Positions 36,708 to 50,500 of a stretch of DNA of 64,000 nucleotides are shown one piece after another (the first letter of the stretch is position 1; every line of letters begins with the position of its first letter). Source of the DNA: Marsupella aquatica (Eukaryota > Plantae > Marchantiophyta); NCBI GenBank assembly GCA_973895155.1, contig OZ316892.1, positions 13,942,861 through 14,006,860 of the forward strand, in the 5' to 3' direction. The notes below the pieces were generated by a model that worked only from the letters and a program-made list of their open reading frames with translations, did not search any database and was not told where the DNA came from. The position numbers were made by a program, and so were the translations under genes.

Positions 36708-37249
36708 CACTGTTTACCGTAGTTAGTGTTACTACGGAAATAGTGTGACACTATAAATAGTGTGAGTAACACTAATATGTGAATAAAGAAGTATTGGAGC
36801 TCAAATAACACTAATTATAGAACATACTAACATAGCACAATAATCAATAATTCCTATGAAAACACACAGTAGAATGCTTTATGAATGATTGATTAATGTA
36901 AATCTCATGGTTTAGTTGGGCTCTCTGAATTTAATGTATGTTTTGTCCATGCTATTGTCCAAAAATTCAACCAATTCTATACTATTTTCAACTCACATTT
37001 TTCACACCCAAATAGTGTGACTACTATTACAAACAAGATTCATGGTTTCATGCAACATTTCTGGTATCAATAGCCACTCCATAAATAACGTGAGTTGATT
37101 TCCATAATCAGTGTTACTGGTAACACTAATTGAATCACTCACAATTACCATTAATACAGATTTAGTGTTAGTAAGACTATCTCAAGAGGGATTCAAAATT
37201 TTGGGAGCTACACAATTAGTGTTAGTAACACTAACTATGGTAAACAGTG
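36708..37249. mobile_element. Non-autonomous TIR element, 542 bp, CACTG…CAGTG ends, TA flanks
   Basis: 27-bp TIR cactgtttaccRtagttagtgttacta with 1 mismatch; TA at 36706-36707 and 37250-37251; internal taacactaat/atagtgtga repeats. Confidence 0.8.
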
Positions 37250-38454
37250 TATAGATTTTGAATAGGCCTGACATCAATAAATTATGTCAAGTACTAAGGA
37301 GATCATGAATTTCTGAGTCTCTCTAACTTTTAAATGAGCCTAACATTGTCAAATGTCAAGTATGAAGGTCATGAAAATTTTAATTTTCTAGCTTTCCAAT
37401 AAGTCTTTTATTCTCAAATTTTGTCAACTACTAAAGAGATCATGAAAGTATAATTTTTTGTAGCTTTGCAATCAGCCTATTGACACAGTTTGTCAGGTAC
37501 GAAGGTTCAAGAAGTATGGGGATAAGCTATTTTATTTTACCTTGCTGTTTGCTATTTTAACATCCTTTTTTTTTGGCAGTCATTGGGTCATTGGGTCTAA
37601 TTGTTTTTCCCTTGCCTTGCATCAAACAAGAACAGTTGTGTTTGTTTGTTGTTCCAACCATAACTTTGGTGTTTGTGACCAAAAATACTGATGTGACCGC
37701 AAGTGGTGCTAGGGATTTGGAAAGAAGTTGCCAGAGGAGTCCACAACGAACAATGAGAGAATAATGAAAATATCCCTAAAGTTTGCCCTCTTACATAGAA
37801 CCCCTCATATTGTACAGTGTGCCAATAGACTTTAGCCATGCCATGACAATATTGTTGAGAGTAAGTAAGGATTGTTTCAACAAAATTACACCAAAGATAT
37901 TCCTAGAGAGAAGAAGTCATATCAGAATTTCAGAAAATCTCACTTGCTCTTCAAATTTGGTCTACAAGCAACGACCATTAATCATGGACCAGTGTCATGA
38001 TTATGGTGCTCATAGGAGTTATTGGGTTCTTTTGCCTTTGGGACCATGTCTCCCAGTTTGGTGTTCCTGTCTTTTTGGCATATATCATAGGAGTAGCAAA
38101 GGCTGTCATGAGGCTAAGAGTGATTGTCAACTCATCAAGTGTCTGTTTTGGATTGAACTTGAAAATCTCTATGGTAGTAGGGTCAAAATTCAAATTAAAC
38201 TATAACTGCAATCCTAGAAATGGGAAGTCCAAGTTCAAATTTGTTTGGTGGTGGTCCGTGGATAATCCATGATTACCTTTATCCTGGAACCAGTGAACTT
38301 ACTCCATGATAGGTCGTTGCATTGCTACTATACCTACTGAATGCGCTCTCTCCCTCTAGCTGTCCCCCAACAGCTGGGTGCGAGACCTGTCTTATTAGCC
38401 ACTTTTGGCCAAATTTAATCTGGCATTTTTTTGTCTTCCATGCCATAGTTTTCC

Positions 38455-39120
38455 ACCCAGCCAGACCAGTTAGCCAGAATCTACATTAAAGCAAGAAAAT
38501 TAGATAAGGAATATTCTATGCCTTTGCTCCTTCAAACAAGGTGGCATTGGCTTAGCCAAAATGGAAAACCTTAAAATTACTCTGGTCCCTGACAAACCAA
38601 AGAGCTAGCTGGAATCTGACGGCTATCCTTAAATCTAGGGAAATGTAAGGGTCAGATAGTAATCTAGGACAATTAGATAAGGAAAATTCTTAACATTTTC
38701 GTCCCCATGCCACAAGGTGACATTATTGGCCATCTTAGCGCGCACAAAGGAAAAAGCTTAACAATTTCCCTGCCAGATTTCCACCTAGCGAGATCCGTCA
38801 GCCAGAATCTGACGGCTGGTCCTTAAACCCACAGGACATCTAAGGGTCAGTATTAATCAATCTATCAATATTATAATATAATTTCTCCTTTTCACACAAG
38901 GTGACATTATCCATCGTACCGAAAAAAACAGGAAAAAGCTTAACAATCCGCTTTCCAACCAAGCCAGACCCGTTAGCCAGAATCTGACGGCTGCCCCTGA
39001 ACCCAGGAGATCCAAGGGTCAATATCAGTGTACCGAAATTGGATTAGATAATGGCAATAATATTATTTCTCCCTTTCGGACAAGGTGACATTGGCCACCT
39101 TAGCGCAAGCGAGGAAACCT
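38455..39120. repeat. Degenerate tandem array, about four ~150-180-bp units
   Basis: Recurring ttagccagaatctgacggct…taagggtca…ttagataa…caaggtgacatt(g)g…ggaaaa.cttaa at ~38465, 38600, 38790 and 38965. Confidence 0.8.
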
Positions 39121-41162
39121 GGTGTCGAGCGAACGGAACGGAAACGGAAGGGAAGGGAATAGCTTTTTGATTGGACTTTCCCGACGTTGGGTTCTACGAC
39201 AGGAGTGTCGTCTTCTGGCAAACACAGGTCGCGTGTGTCTGGTGGAGCCTTCGCAGGAATCGCATTATTATTATTATTATTATTATATTATCATCGGGGG
39301 GGTTTCGGTGGCACAGCCGCGAGCGCTTTGACTTATCTGATTTTGGTCGTGTTCCAGTCAGCTGCCGATGATCCGAACTCCGAACGGAACGCAATTGTAT
39401 TTTGTATTGTCTGCTCTGCTCTGCTCTGGTCTGCTCTGCTCTGCTCTCTGGTCTGGTCTGGTCTGGTCTGCTTGGGGGGCGTGGGTTGTCCTTGCTTTCG
39501 CCCAGTGTCCGGGAGGGGGACCTGACGGACTGATTGCTAGCTCGATTGCTTGCTTGCTTGGGTTGCAGGAACTGTTTGCTTTGCTCGAGGGAGAGAAAAG
39601 AAAAGAAGAAGTGGGGATCATGATTCGAGGAATGGTCGTTGTCCGAAGCAACGACCGAGAGAGAACTACTACTAGTTAGTACTGTAGTGTGTTTGTTTTG
39701 GGGCCTAGTTGCTCTTTCTCTATCTCCTTCTCTTTCTGTTGCTCTTGCTCCGTGAGTGCTTGCGTGTGTTGTAGGCTGCGCTTTTTTGTTGGAGTGCGGT
39801 GCTCCCGAGCGAGTGCGATACTGCCAGCCAGCCCGGCAACAGTGGGACGAAGAAGGGGAGAGGAGGGGAGCACGGAGGGATTGGTCCTCGGTCGGTCAGT
39901 CTAGTCAGGCGCTCTGTGCTGTGCTGTGCTGTGCTGTGATGTGGTGAGTGAGGGGTGGGGTGGGGACTGTGAAGGTTGGGAGAGCGGGGAGGAGAGCAGA
40001 GGCGAGTGACTGACAGACAGAAAGAGGGACAGAGCGACGAGAGGCGGGGAGAGAAAAGAAGAGGAGGTGGAATCGTTGTTTTGCCGTGTGTTTGCGGCAA
40101 CGTGTAATCCGAGTGGTTCCCGACTGTACTCTCTCTCTTCTGCTCCGGTCCTGAAGGTCGCGAACGTCTCTTTTTTGTGCACACACACACACACACACAC
40201 GCGCGCATAGACTCACACACACATACAGACACACACATACTGCGGGGTTGAAGCGCTCCTGATTGGCTTTCGTCGGGTGGTTCGGGTTTCTTCCTTGCTG
40301 GCTTGAGTGCTCGTGAGTGGCGAGCTTGGCGTTCTTCGACAAGAGAACGATAATTGGATTGGACTGGGGGTAGCTCTGCGTCATTTCGGGTGGAGTGCAG
40401 ACATAGGAATATTGTAGGGTGGGTCGTTGACGCGGTGGGTCCTTGCTTCCGTGCTTTCGCCGTGGTTCTGGTACGTCTTCAGTGGTCTCCTCGGCTTGCT
40501 GGCTGGCCTTCCTGGCAGTGGTGGTGGTGGTGCTGTCAGCGACCTCGTTTCGTCTCCCTTCTTGTTTCCCTTCATTGGTGCACAGTAAGGAAATTTCTGC
40601 GAGTAATGGCTGTCGACCTTAAACCACGAGCAGGAGGATGGTGAACGTCCAGGCGAAAGACTGCCGAAGGACGGACTGGAAGGGTTCTAGGGTTTCCAGT
40701 GCAGGGTGGACTCGTGCACGTACGCTAGTTTGGAGGAGTTTAGACAATTTTCCGTTTGCGTATTATGTTTTGATCTCGTGGCTCTCGGGTTTGAGGAGGG
40801 GAAAACCTTACCCGCCGCGTCGTCTTTTCAAAACTTGGGATGATTCCAAGGAAGCATGTAGTATCTTCTTTCATAGATAAAGAGGAAGTCAACATGAAAG
40901 CAGCGATTGTACGAGGTTTGTTAACGAAAGATACGGATTAATACACCTCGGCTAGCCAGCAATATTACATGGAGCTCTGAATTCGGTGTCCCCGTAGTTG
41001 ACAGACAGACGGTCCTACAGCGAGCTGCAGTGCTCAATTTAGAGCAGAGAGATAGAGTTTTCAAAATAGTTTTCTGCACGGAGGGGAGAGAAGAAGAGAG
41101 TTTTCCAAAGAGAAGAAGAAAGTTTTCTAAAGAGTTTTCCGGGACGTGAGAGCAACATAAGA
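39100..41162 (+). promoter_or_regulatory. Probable promoter and long 5' leader of the trihelix gene, rich in simple repeats
   Basis: (TAT)n at ~39265, gctct/ggtct pentamers at 39410-39470, gctgt pentamers at ~39915, (CA)n at ~40179-40200 and GA-rich tracts. No coherent ORF. The TSS cannot be determined. Confidence 0.45.
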
Positions 41163-42740
41163 ATGTTCGGCTCTGAAATCCCTCTCCCAACACAGGCTCG
41201 ACAGCAGCAGGCACCTCTGTTTCACACGTTGCCTCAATCAGCTGCAGGGCATACCACTTCACGTGGGGATCATCATGAGGAAGCAGCTACTCCATACCAC
41301 CCAGATCCTCTTCCGCCGTCTCCCGTGGTAGAAGCAGCAACTCCCGTAGAAGTGGCCGCCGCCGCAGCAGCTGCAGCAGGGACAGAGGGATTAGCGTCCT
41401 CTCCATCGTCCCGAGACGAAACTATGTCTCACAACTCTGAACCAGCCACTCCTTTAGTCGGTGTCCCCCCTCATTCCATGTCCACTGTGCTAGCTCTCGC
41501 AGCGCTGGCCAATCCCACTTCTCCTGACCCGAAGGCCACTGAGAATGGTCTAAGCTACGGAGGAGCTGCAAGTGAGGCCCTCGATGCCGAAGCAGAGGAT
41601 GACAAGAAGCGCGAGAGGGAGCACAAGAAGAGGTCTAAGAACTGGACCAGGCCTGAGACATTGAAGCTTATAAGGTTGAGAACGGAATTAGAGCCTCGGT
41701 TTGCGAAGAGTGGGCGGAAGACTGAGCTATGGGATGAGATTGCCGAAGCACTTCAGCGGGAGAGAATTACGCGGGATGCGCAGCAATGCAGAGACAAGTG
41801 GGAAAAGCTGACTGCTGGTTACAAGGAGGTTAGGGACGGAGTAAAAGATAGGGAGGACAATCCGTTTTACGATGAGCTGCATCCCTTACTCTCAGGCAAA
41901 TCGCTGAAGAGAGAACGAGAGAGAGAAAGAGACAAAGACGCCACCACCCCAGTGGGTGGCGCTGGGAAAGAGTATTCTTCGAAGGACTCGGCAGTGGATG
42001 GGGTGGCAAGAGACGTCGAAAAAGAGCTTCTACACAGAAGCGGTGCAGCAGCACGAGGGACTCAGAGTTATAAGGACGAAGACGACTTCGACGTAGACAT
42101 GGAAGGGGGTGAGGCCAGAGCACCTTCAAGGAAGAAGAAGCGAGGCCCGAAGTTCATCACGGTGACCGACCTTGCTGCCGTACAGAGTCTTTTGGAGGCA
42201 GTAATAAACCGGCAACAGAGGTTCTTCAGAGACTTGCTAGATTCGATGGAGAGGAAGGAGCAGTTGAGAGAGCAAATACGTCAGGAAAAAGAGGACAAAT
42301 GGAGGGCCGAGGAACGAGCCCAACGAGGTATTTTTAACAACGCCATGATCGTCCTGACGCAGAAACTAGTAGGTGATCGAGTCGGGTCTGCGGTGTTGGG
42401 CTCGGTGGGGCCTCTGGGGGTGGGTAGTCCGGAGGGCCTTCAGGGCCCGAAAAGACGGTCTAAGAACTGGAAGAGAGCTGAAGTGCTTCAACTCATCAAA
42501 TTGCGAGGCGAGATGGATAATCGGTTTGCCAAATCTACAAGACGAGCAGCGCTCTGGGAAGAGTTAGCCGAATTGCTCGCCGCGCAAGGCATTAAGAGAG
42601 ATGGCAAACAATGTCGGGAGAAATGGGACAAACTAATGGCAGAGTTCAAGGATGTCACTGACGGGAAGAGGGATCAGAGCGAGAGTCCGTACTTTGCTGA
42701 GTTGACAGCTATCGTAGGGCGGCCAGTCGAAGTCCCCTAG
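41163..42740 (+). CDS. Trihelix transcription factor, GT-2-type (two trihelix/Myb-like domains and a central coiled coil)
   Basis: Single 525-aa ORF with two domains, SKNWTRPETLKLIRLR…LWDEIAE…QCRDKWEKL and SKNWKRAEVLQLIKLR…LWEELAE…QCREKWDKL, separated by the coiled coil QQRFFRDLLDSMERKEQLRE…EDKWR. Confidence 0.93.
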   Translation: MFGSEIPLPTQARQQQAPLFHTLPQSAAGHTTSRGDHHEEAATPYHPDPLPPSPVVEAATPVEVAAAAAAAAGTEGLASSPSSRDETMSHNSEPATPLVGVPPHSMSTVLALAALANPTSPDPKATENGLSYGGAASEALDAEAEDDKKREREHKKRSKNWTRPETLKLIRLRTELEPRFAKSGRKTELWDEIAEALQRERITRDAQQCRDKWEKLTAGYKEVRDGVKDREDNPFYDELHPLLSGKSLKRERERERDKDATTPVGGAGKEYSSKDSAVDGVARDVEKELLHRSGAAARGTQSYKDEDDFDVDMEGGEARAPSRKKKRGPKFITVTDLAAVQSLLEAVINRQQRFFRDLLDSMERKEQLREQIRQEKEDKWRAEERAQRGIFNNAMIVLTQKLVGDRVGSAVLGSVGPLGVGSPEGLQGPKRRSKNWKRAEVLQLIKLRGEMDNRFAKSTRRAALWEELAELLAAQGIKRDGKQCREKWDKLMAEFKDVTDGKRDQSESPYFAELTAIVGRPVEVP

Positions 42741-45700
42741 TCGAGCGCAGACTAGCCTGGCAGTCGGAGCGAGGGAAGCATAAGAACTTCCGGGGCTGGC
42801 ATACAAAGGAAAGGAATGCCGACTTCGCAAAAGAAAGAGCAAAACTGTGACCTCGACTGGACATCGCTGCAGAAACAAGATAATACATTGCTTGAGGGTG
42901 GAGATAGGAATTTACATTAGTGTAGAATTCTTTCCGGGTAGAAACTAGAGAGAATGACTGGGCTGGAGGACTCTGTATAAGCTAAAGGTGGTAGATAACT
43001 CAAGTCCTCCACTTATCAGTGGTGTGTGAGGTGGAGGCCATTTGTACAGTGGTGGTATTCTTAGGAACGTCGCGCTCTGCAACATACCATGACATACACT
43101 CAATTGAACCGGTAAAGCGCTCGACTCCTTAAAAGCATTGACCAACCGTAGCTCCTGTGTTTCGTGCATTTTGTTGTTGAATTTGTTGTTGGGGAATCGG
43201 TGTCAATTCTATTTCCAGCAGACGGAGGGTACATGTCCTACGTCTCCGGCAAGAACCGACCTAAAACTCAAAAGGACCTGAGTCCGAAAACAGAAGGCCA
43301 ACAGTTGCCCGAAAGCATCCGACCACAGAGGTCACAATAGATAAAGTGGTCCCTCCGGTGTACCAAATCACAATCTTAAAACCTTTCACAAATAGAATTC
43401 AATCTTGAATGCCGGTATCAGCTAATCTATGTATTTTACTGGTAACATAATGAAATCAACTTAGGTAAACTGCAGCCTCGGTTCAAACGATGCAGCTGTG
43501 GGATTGGCGGTAAAATGCACGAAGCATCGCTTACATCGGAGCGATAGGTGGATCTTTCCAGGTACATATGAAAGCAGCTCTTTATCTTTCTTCTTTGTTG
43601 GCATGTGCTGTATTGAGTTTGAGCTCTTCAATTTGTTGATTACCTGTGTATAGTAGCTAGTGGCCGTGTTGCGGAGCAGTGCAGTAGTACCACTACGGCG
43701 CACTGAAAATTTCAGTATGGTGATTTCTGGGGTTCTGAGTCCACCAAACGCATTGTCATAGACGCTACAGTACTGTTTTCGCTGAAGTATGTTCCTGAAG
43801 TAGCCCTTAGCCATTTTCATTTGGCGTCGGAACAGAAAACATTTCAAAAACATGTTGGTGCTCTGTGCCGCACGCATTTAGGGACCGAACGAGTTTCTTC
43901 GCAGAAGGATGAATTGGTGGATCGTACCTAATGGCTACCCGCCAAAACTAGAGTTAGACACATGGACTCAAGTGGCAGAGTCAGCGACAGATGAAAACAT
44001 GGGATGGGGAAGAAGAGAAAAAAGTTCGGTTACATATTCGTCGCAATCTACATTAGTTTAGGCAGCACCCTTTGGATATTAACGTGCGCAAATGTTGCAT
44101 TAATCCAGAGCTACGGAGGGCGAGGTCTAAGAATCGAGGTCTAAGCAGTTTACGATTTATTGAGCTCCCAGCATTTCGACGGAGATATCGGACAAAGTGC
44201 CAGACCACAACAAGGCCGGTCTATCCTCTCATTCGCTAGAAGGGTCCAAGTATCCACAGATTCGTCTATTTCAGGGGAGAACTCGGAATTTGCACCGCCT
44301 TTTCGCAGCCCAGACTTTGCGCTCGACAATAGAAGAGACGGACTATGGTACTTCTGTTTCAAGGGTGCTTTACAGCCCATGTCCGACTGTCGAGGCTAGC
44401 TCGGACAAAGGAAGCGTAAGGCATTCTCATGTGCTGTCATTATTACGGTCTTTCCGGGTCTCAATTTGAAAAGATTCAACGATGATCTCAATATGTGTCG
44501 CCGATCAGTGTTCCCACCCTGTTGCCTGTACTGGATCGAATAGCTTCTCGGGCACTTCACGAGCTCCCTGCTCTAGTCATGCGTCATTCAGCATCCAGCG
44601 CCATAGAAGTTTTAGGATGGTGCGCCTCGAGTTCACCAGCACTGATTCAGAAAAAAGTCGCGCAAAGTGTTGGGATATGCGTACTTGTGACAGAAGAGAA
44701 GCGAGACGCTCTTTTCGATCTAGTCCTTTACTGAATTCAATTGTGGGTGATGTTGAGGAGCTGGCCGGGCACCATTTGGATCATGGTATGCTTATATTGT
44801 TTGTGTATGAATGTATGTGATTGATCCTCATGCTAGTATTGTCACAACCTGAGTTTTGATTACGGTTTTCGAGAAGTAGGGTTGGGTGGAAACTGTCTCT
44901 TCAACTGGAAGGGGAGATTTGGCGAGTGGGACTAAGCGACATTCTGTGAGTTGAGTTTGGTAGAGTAAGGTTACTGGCCTTTCCAACTGTTAGCTGATAG
45001 GGAGGATTGGCCAGTGGACCTCCTCGGAGTTAGGTTCAGGTGGCGATTGCGTGGCTGCTTGTGGTGGGAAAATTGGCGATCAGGTGTAGAGAAGTGCACT
45101 TGGCGAGAGTGTTGCAATGAGTGCACGCTCCTCCAAATGTTGAGTGACACCCTGCTTCACACGTTGGAAGGTTGCAGCTCCCTCTGCACCAAAACTCACC
45201 TACCTCATTGACTCTTGCTTAATTCTCCAACCACTCTTAAATTTTCATACAGCAAATTCTTGATGGACGCTGCTGTTCACCCATCCACGGCATGCGAAAG
45301 GGATTGCGAGAGACACGCTCTTGCCAAAAATGCCTCCCAGTCAACCATTGGTTTGCGCTAGGACAACAAGTGGAAAATTGTTGTTACATGAACCTACTGG
45401 ATGGTCGGTCCTCTTCACACCTAAATGAGCATTCCATTTCAGGACTTTACGAAAGAAAACTACGCCTAAATCTCAATGTTGGGTCCTGAACATCTCAATA
45501 ACTTTAGACCACCTCTGAAATTTTGGAAATTTTTTTCTCCCGTCCACATCATCATTTTTGGGGTTTATTGATTCACATGTAGGATGGTCGTTCACCCATG
45601 TAGTAAATTTCTCGGTGTAACTTTGTTACAATTATCTTGCCTTCCTCTCACCGGAATTATGATGGAGTGGCCAAGTAACAGTGTCACATAGTAGACTTCG

Positions 45701-47594
45701 GAGGGGTATTTTTGTAGTTAAATAAAGTTGAAGGGTACTTTGTGGCAAGTTGTAATGGCAACTTGATAAATTTCTCTTAAAAAATACACTGGTGCGCAAT
45801 GTCTGCTGACAGTCAGGTACAGAGCGGACCAAACTGGTTCCAATCGTACAGTACTTGTTTGTGCGCGGGGAAAATAGTGTTCCTCACGGGCTGGCAGGTT
45901 AAGTCTTCACTGTGTATCGGATCTCAGGACTTCGTAAACGCAGCTTTAGTTTTGAAACAGATGTCAGGATGTATTGCTTTTCTTGGTTTTCCCCCCGGAA
46001 ATATCACATCCGCGACATGCTACTTTTAATTACCAGAAACTACGCTGCCTACATGCTCGAAGTTCATGTGACTCTGCCAAGATATTTGAATAATTGCCAA
46101 GTAGTCGAGCTTGAATCTATTCTTTGACTCGGGAAGATTGGCCTCAATGATAACTTTTTTGGGGGATAACACAAAAGTCCACGAACTTACAGTCGAATCT
46201 CGCTATGTCCATGCCGCCGGATGTAGAACGTCAGGATACTCTCACCAATGTTTCAAATCCGTCATTTTAGTCGGAAACCTGTTCAACTTGGTCAGAGTGA
46301 CTGATGATCAACTGTTTAGTTTACCCTCTACTGACAATGTGGATATTTGCTGCAGGTAGCAGATATTACAATTTCAGCACCCTCGCTTCCTCCACGGTCT
46401 TAGAAAAAATTGAGTGTTTGAACGTCCTTGCTCTTTGTGTGAGGACACATTGACCAACCACTTTCTCATGTTGTGGCTTATCCTGACAAGTTTAGCAGGT
46501 ATCCACTTAAGCGATTTCCTACAGTAGTTATTCGCTCCATCTCCACTTAGAACTGCCTGTTTTTTCCTTTTAGAACATATTTGAGAATTTTAGTGATGAA
46601 TGCACAATTTATAGCAGTATTGTCTGCACGTTATCAAAAGGTGTCGCGGGAAGATTTAAAGACTAGACTAGAAACGAGATCATGTCATAGATCTTGATCT
46701 GCCATCACCTTTAGGGACCCTAGTTCACAGACTCTAGGGCTGAAATGTCAACCCGTTCTCTATGCGTTGCCTGTCATCCTCAACAGGCCGTTTGCCTTGC
46801 CACTAAGCTATGGTTATCGTGTCGTGGCTCTGGCCCACAGTGATGCGTGTTATTCCTCTACTACAGGAAGCGGTGAGTGCTGCAACGGTAGCAAAGGATT
46901 GTCTGATGCTGTGAGTAGGGTGGCAGCCAGTGGCGCTGTTGCAAAATGGGGTCGTCTAAACGTTGTACGGCGCACTGGAGAGCTGGAGAGGGTGTGGACC
47001 AGAACTGTTAAAAGAACTTGCAAATGTGTTCATTACGAAATCCTTTTTTATGATGCAACAGTGTACAACAAGTAAGTCACGCTAGAGCAGATCCATAAGT
47101 ATACTAAGCAGTTACAGGAGACTTTGTACCAGGAGGCGAGAGTGGTCCACCGAAGCTCATACCTCTGATTTTGGATGAGAAGGACCGTGCCTGATTATCC
47201 GATGTGCAGCTGGCTATTAAATCCGACGACAGTCCAGAGCCCCAAGCCAACATGAGAATCAAGTATTCAAACAAAGAAGGCAACGGTGCGACATTTGATG
47301 TATTGTCTGAATACTGAGAACAAAACGTAAAACCTTTGAGAAGTTTGCATCCGATCAGAAATATAAAGCTCATTCAACTCATCAACTCCACAAAACGAGA
47401 GAATACCACCAAAACAAGTTTCTACGTTAGTTCCAGTGCGCTCCTGACGACAGTAACCTTGAGAAATCATTATTCGTAGAACCGGTGAAACCATAGCTTC
47501 AAGAATCAGGGTATTTTCCCACTGTACAGAGACCAAAAAACGACTTGGCCATATATTCGCTCCTGGGTACAACTCTTCTCGTGGCATTCAATCC

Positions 47595-50500
47595 TCAATG
47601 TGTAACCTCACAATCTGGCGAAGCCCCGATATCATCGAGCTTCTTCAAAAGGCTTGTTCCTTTATGACTTCGAGACCGTCTGGGCCTTGGTCTTCCTTTG
47701 GAACTTCGTGGCAGTTCGCTTGCTTGAGGCTCGTACACAGCAGAAGCTGGACTACTACTTGATATTGTTTCCTTTTCATGAGTATGATGCCTATGATGTC
47801 TACTCATGGGCTTCATCGTCCCCTCGGGTCCTTGTCCTTCATTTGATAGCTTTTCGTCCTCTGCAAGCAACACAGATCTTTCACCTCGTCCATCTTTGAC
47901 TCTCGGCGATGGCAAACTGTTATCCCTATCCGAAAGCCTCGACAAACGACTGCTATGCTGAGTTGTTGTAGCCCGTTGGTGCTTGTGGGAAGTTGGCCGA
48001 GACCCCCCACCCCCTGAAAGCACGTCTATAATGGCACTGGAGATAAAATCATCCTTGAGGTCTTTATGCTTAACCTTTAAGGATGACTGCTTCATAGGAT
48101 TATCATCTTCACCATCCAACGAGATCACGACCGGTCTTGCCTTCGACCGGATTGGCTGCGTCGAGCCTTCTCCTAGAGGTATGGACCCCCCCGTGGAATG
48201 TGCACGAAGAAGTGATTGCTCGGAATCTCGATATGTCACTACAGGAGGGGGGTATTCAAAAGATTTATTCGCTACTGACTTTCCTTCACTAGGAAGATAG
48301 AAATTCTGATGACGTTGCCGATGTTGTGCCAACAGCGCTGAACTCTCTCCAAGTCCTGACGACGGGCTGCTCTCACCCTGAAAAGAGAAAACGTTTCGTC
48401 CTTCCCTAAATTCGTGGAAAGCTGCTTCTCCTTCGATCACAACACTATCATCTACTGCGTCGTCTCTATCTCTTGGGTTCGGTGGTCCTAAAGAATCCAG
48501 GTTTTCCAGAATTAGCCCCTCGGGAGCAGTTACTTTGCCCTGCGCATGCAAAGACACTGGACTAAAGTCCACGGTAAGGACCCCGTGCAGCGCAACCAAC
48601 AGACCATCCAGTACTCGATCTTTTGAAGAATTTTGTCTTTCGTCAGAGGGGTACGCAAAGCTAGTAGAAATGTCGTCCTTGATGACTTGAAGCAGGCCGA
48701 GCAGATTGCAAGCCCTTTCCTGAATTTCGACATCCGAACTTTTCCCCAATGCTGTCATGCTCTCTGCAATTAATTGGAACGTGGGATCCAAAAACCCAAG
48801 GAAACCTGTTTGTTGCTCCATCTTCACATTTGTTATATCTTTCTCTGCAGCAGCACCTATTCCACTTCCTTCTTTCAAGAAATTCACAGCACTACTGTTA
48901 TCCTGAAAATCATGTAGTGATGGTTTTACCCTTTGCCGTTCCTTTGTTTGAGTCTTCTGCTCTAAATTGCTCGTCGATGGATCTCCAGGGCTCTGCAGTG
49001 TTTCGAAATCTCCTTCTGATCCCTCCAATTCTACTACAGGCGAAGATTGTCTGACAGCAGTATGCTCTGCCCGCTCTAAGAAATCTCCATCACCACCAGA
49101 TAATTTCTCAGTAAGAGTATGAGTGGAGTCTGCCATGCCTGTGGTGTTAATTGACAACACTTTGCCACCATCAACAAAACGTCTTGGCCAGGAATGAACA
49201 AAAACTTTCAAGAATGCCTGTACATAAAGGGCACGCACAGACGCAGGTAAAGACACGGCTCGTGGCTGAAGAAGAGCTTGGACTAATTCAGAGGGATCAA
49301 CAGAGCAGGCAACATTATACTCTCCTGCAATCCATGCCGCAGCTTTGAGCACCCCTTGAACAGATCCAGAAGCACGATCTCGATCCAACAGGGGACCATC
49401 CAAGAGCAAATCTCGCCCTGCTCTCAAAACATCAGCAGTCGCCTCCTTAACTCTGAGCCCAATATCAACGAGCTGCCGCCCTATCTCATCTCCATTGCCA
49501 CGGTCACAATTAGGAATGCGAGCCATCTCCGTAAGGCTGGACACATACCATGAAAAGTCTGAAATCAAGAGGTAATCATCAGCGCTACAGGTCGACAGAA
49601 TGTTGGACAAGATCTCGTTGCATGAGTCTGCATCAGACTTAAATGCACACTGCAGCAAGACATGGACAGTGGGTATCACATTGTCCTCATCAATCATCCC
49701 AATAATAAGGCGGCGAGCACCCTTCTGAATGCTGGGGTCCCTATGATTGAGGCACTTGGAAATGGCCTCATTGTTCCTTTCTAAAGCCCAGGGGTGGACA
49801 GGCATCAGATTCGCGAGAGCCCGGAGGCACAAGTACTTCACGTTTGTGTCATCCTCTTTGAGAAGCTCGGTCAGTTTCTCCACGCACAACAGCACGGCCC
49901 CTTTCTGTTGTGTCAAGCCAGAGCTCACTGCTTGAATGCACTCCAGTAGCAAAGACGTGGCCCGTGAATCCCTCATGATGTTGCAAATCGGTTCCTCAAT
50001 CTTCTTCCCGAGTCGGGGCTCGAGAGAGACCAGCGACCCTAACATTTTGACAAGCTTGATGCATAGCCAAGTGCTTGGATTGCGAACGAGAAGGTTATAC
50101 AATTCGGGAGCCAGCGGAAGGAATGGCTTTGGATCTTTCATTGCCAAATCACAGAGCAGGCTTATGGCTGCTGTGACGACCGAGGGATCGGTATCGCTGA
50201 GTTTCTCGATTAAACGTTTGAGCGCCACTCTGATGGCGTCCGGGTATTGAGTGAAGACGCGCGATAGAGCGACTGTAGCTTTTTTCTTGACAAATGCTCG
50301 ACTGCCGCCAAGGATGTTGAACAGCTCGGGCAACAGGTCCCGCGCAAGGTCGGCCGTGGCGACGCGGCTGAGGCACTCGATGGCCAGACTGGCTTCATGA
50401 TCGCTCTTTCCGCCGAAATCTTTGCGCAGGAGATTGGTGATCAAGAGGAGAACGTCCGTCGACTCGTTGAAGCTCTGAGATGCAGCCAAATAGCCGAGTT

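Noticed and set aside
39122-40880. Many overlapping 60-170-aa ORFs upstream of the trihelix gene
   Set aside because: Low-complexity translations of microsatellites and GC-rich leader. No conserved-peptide uORF was recognisable.
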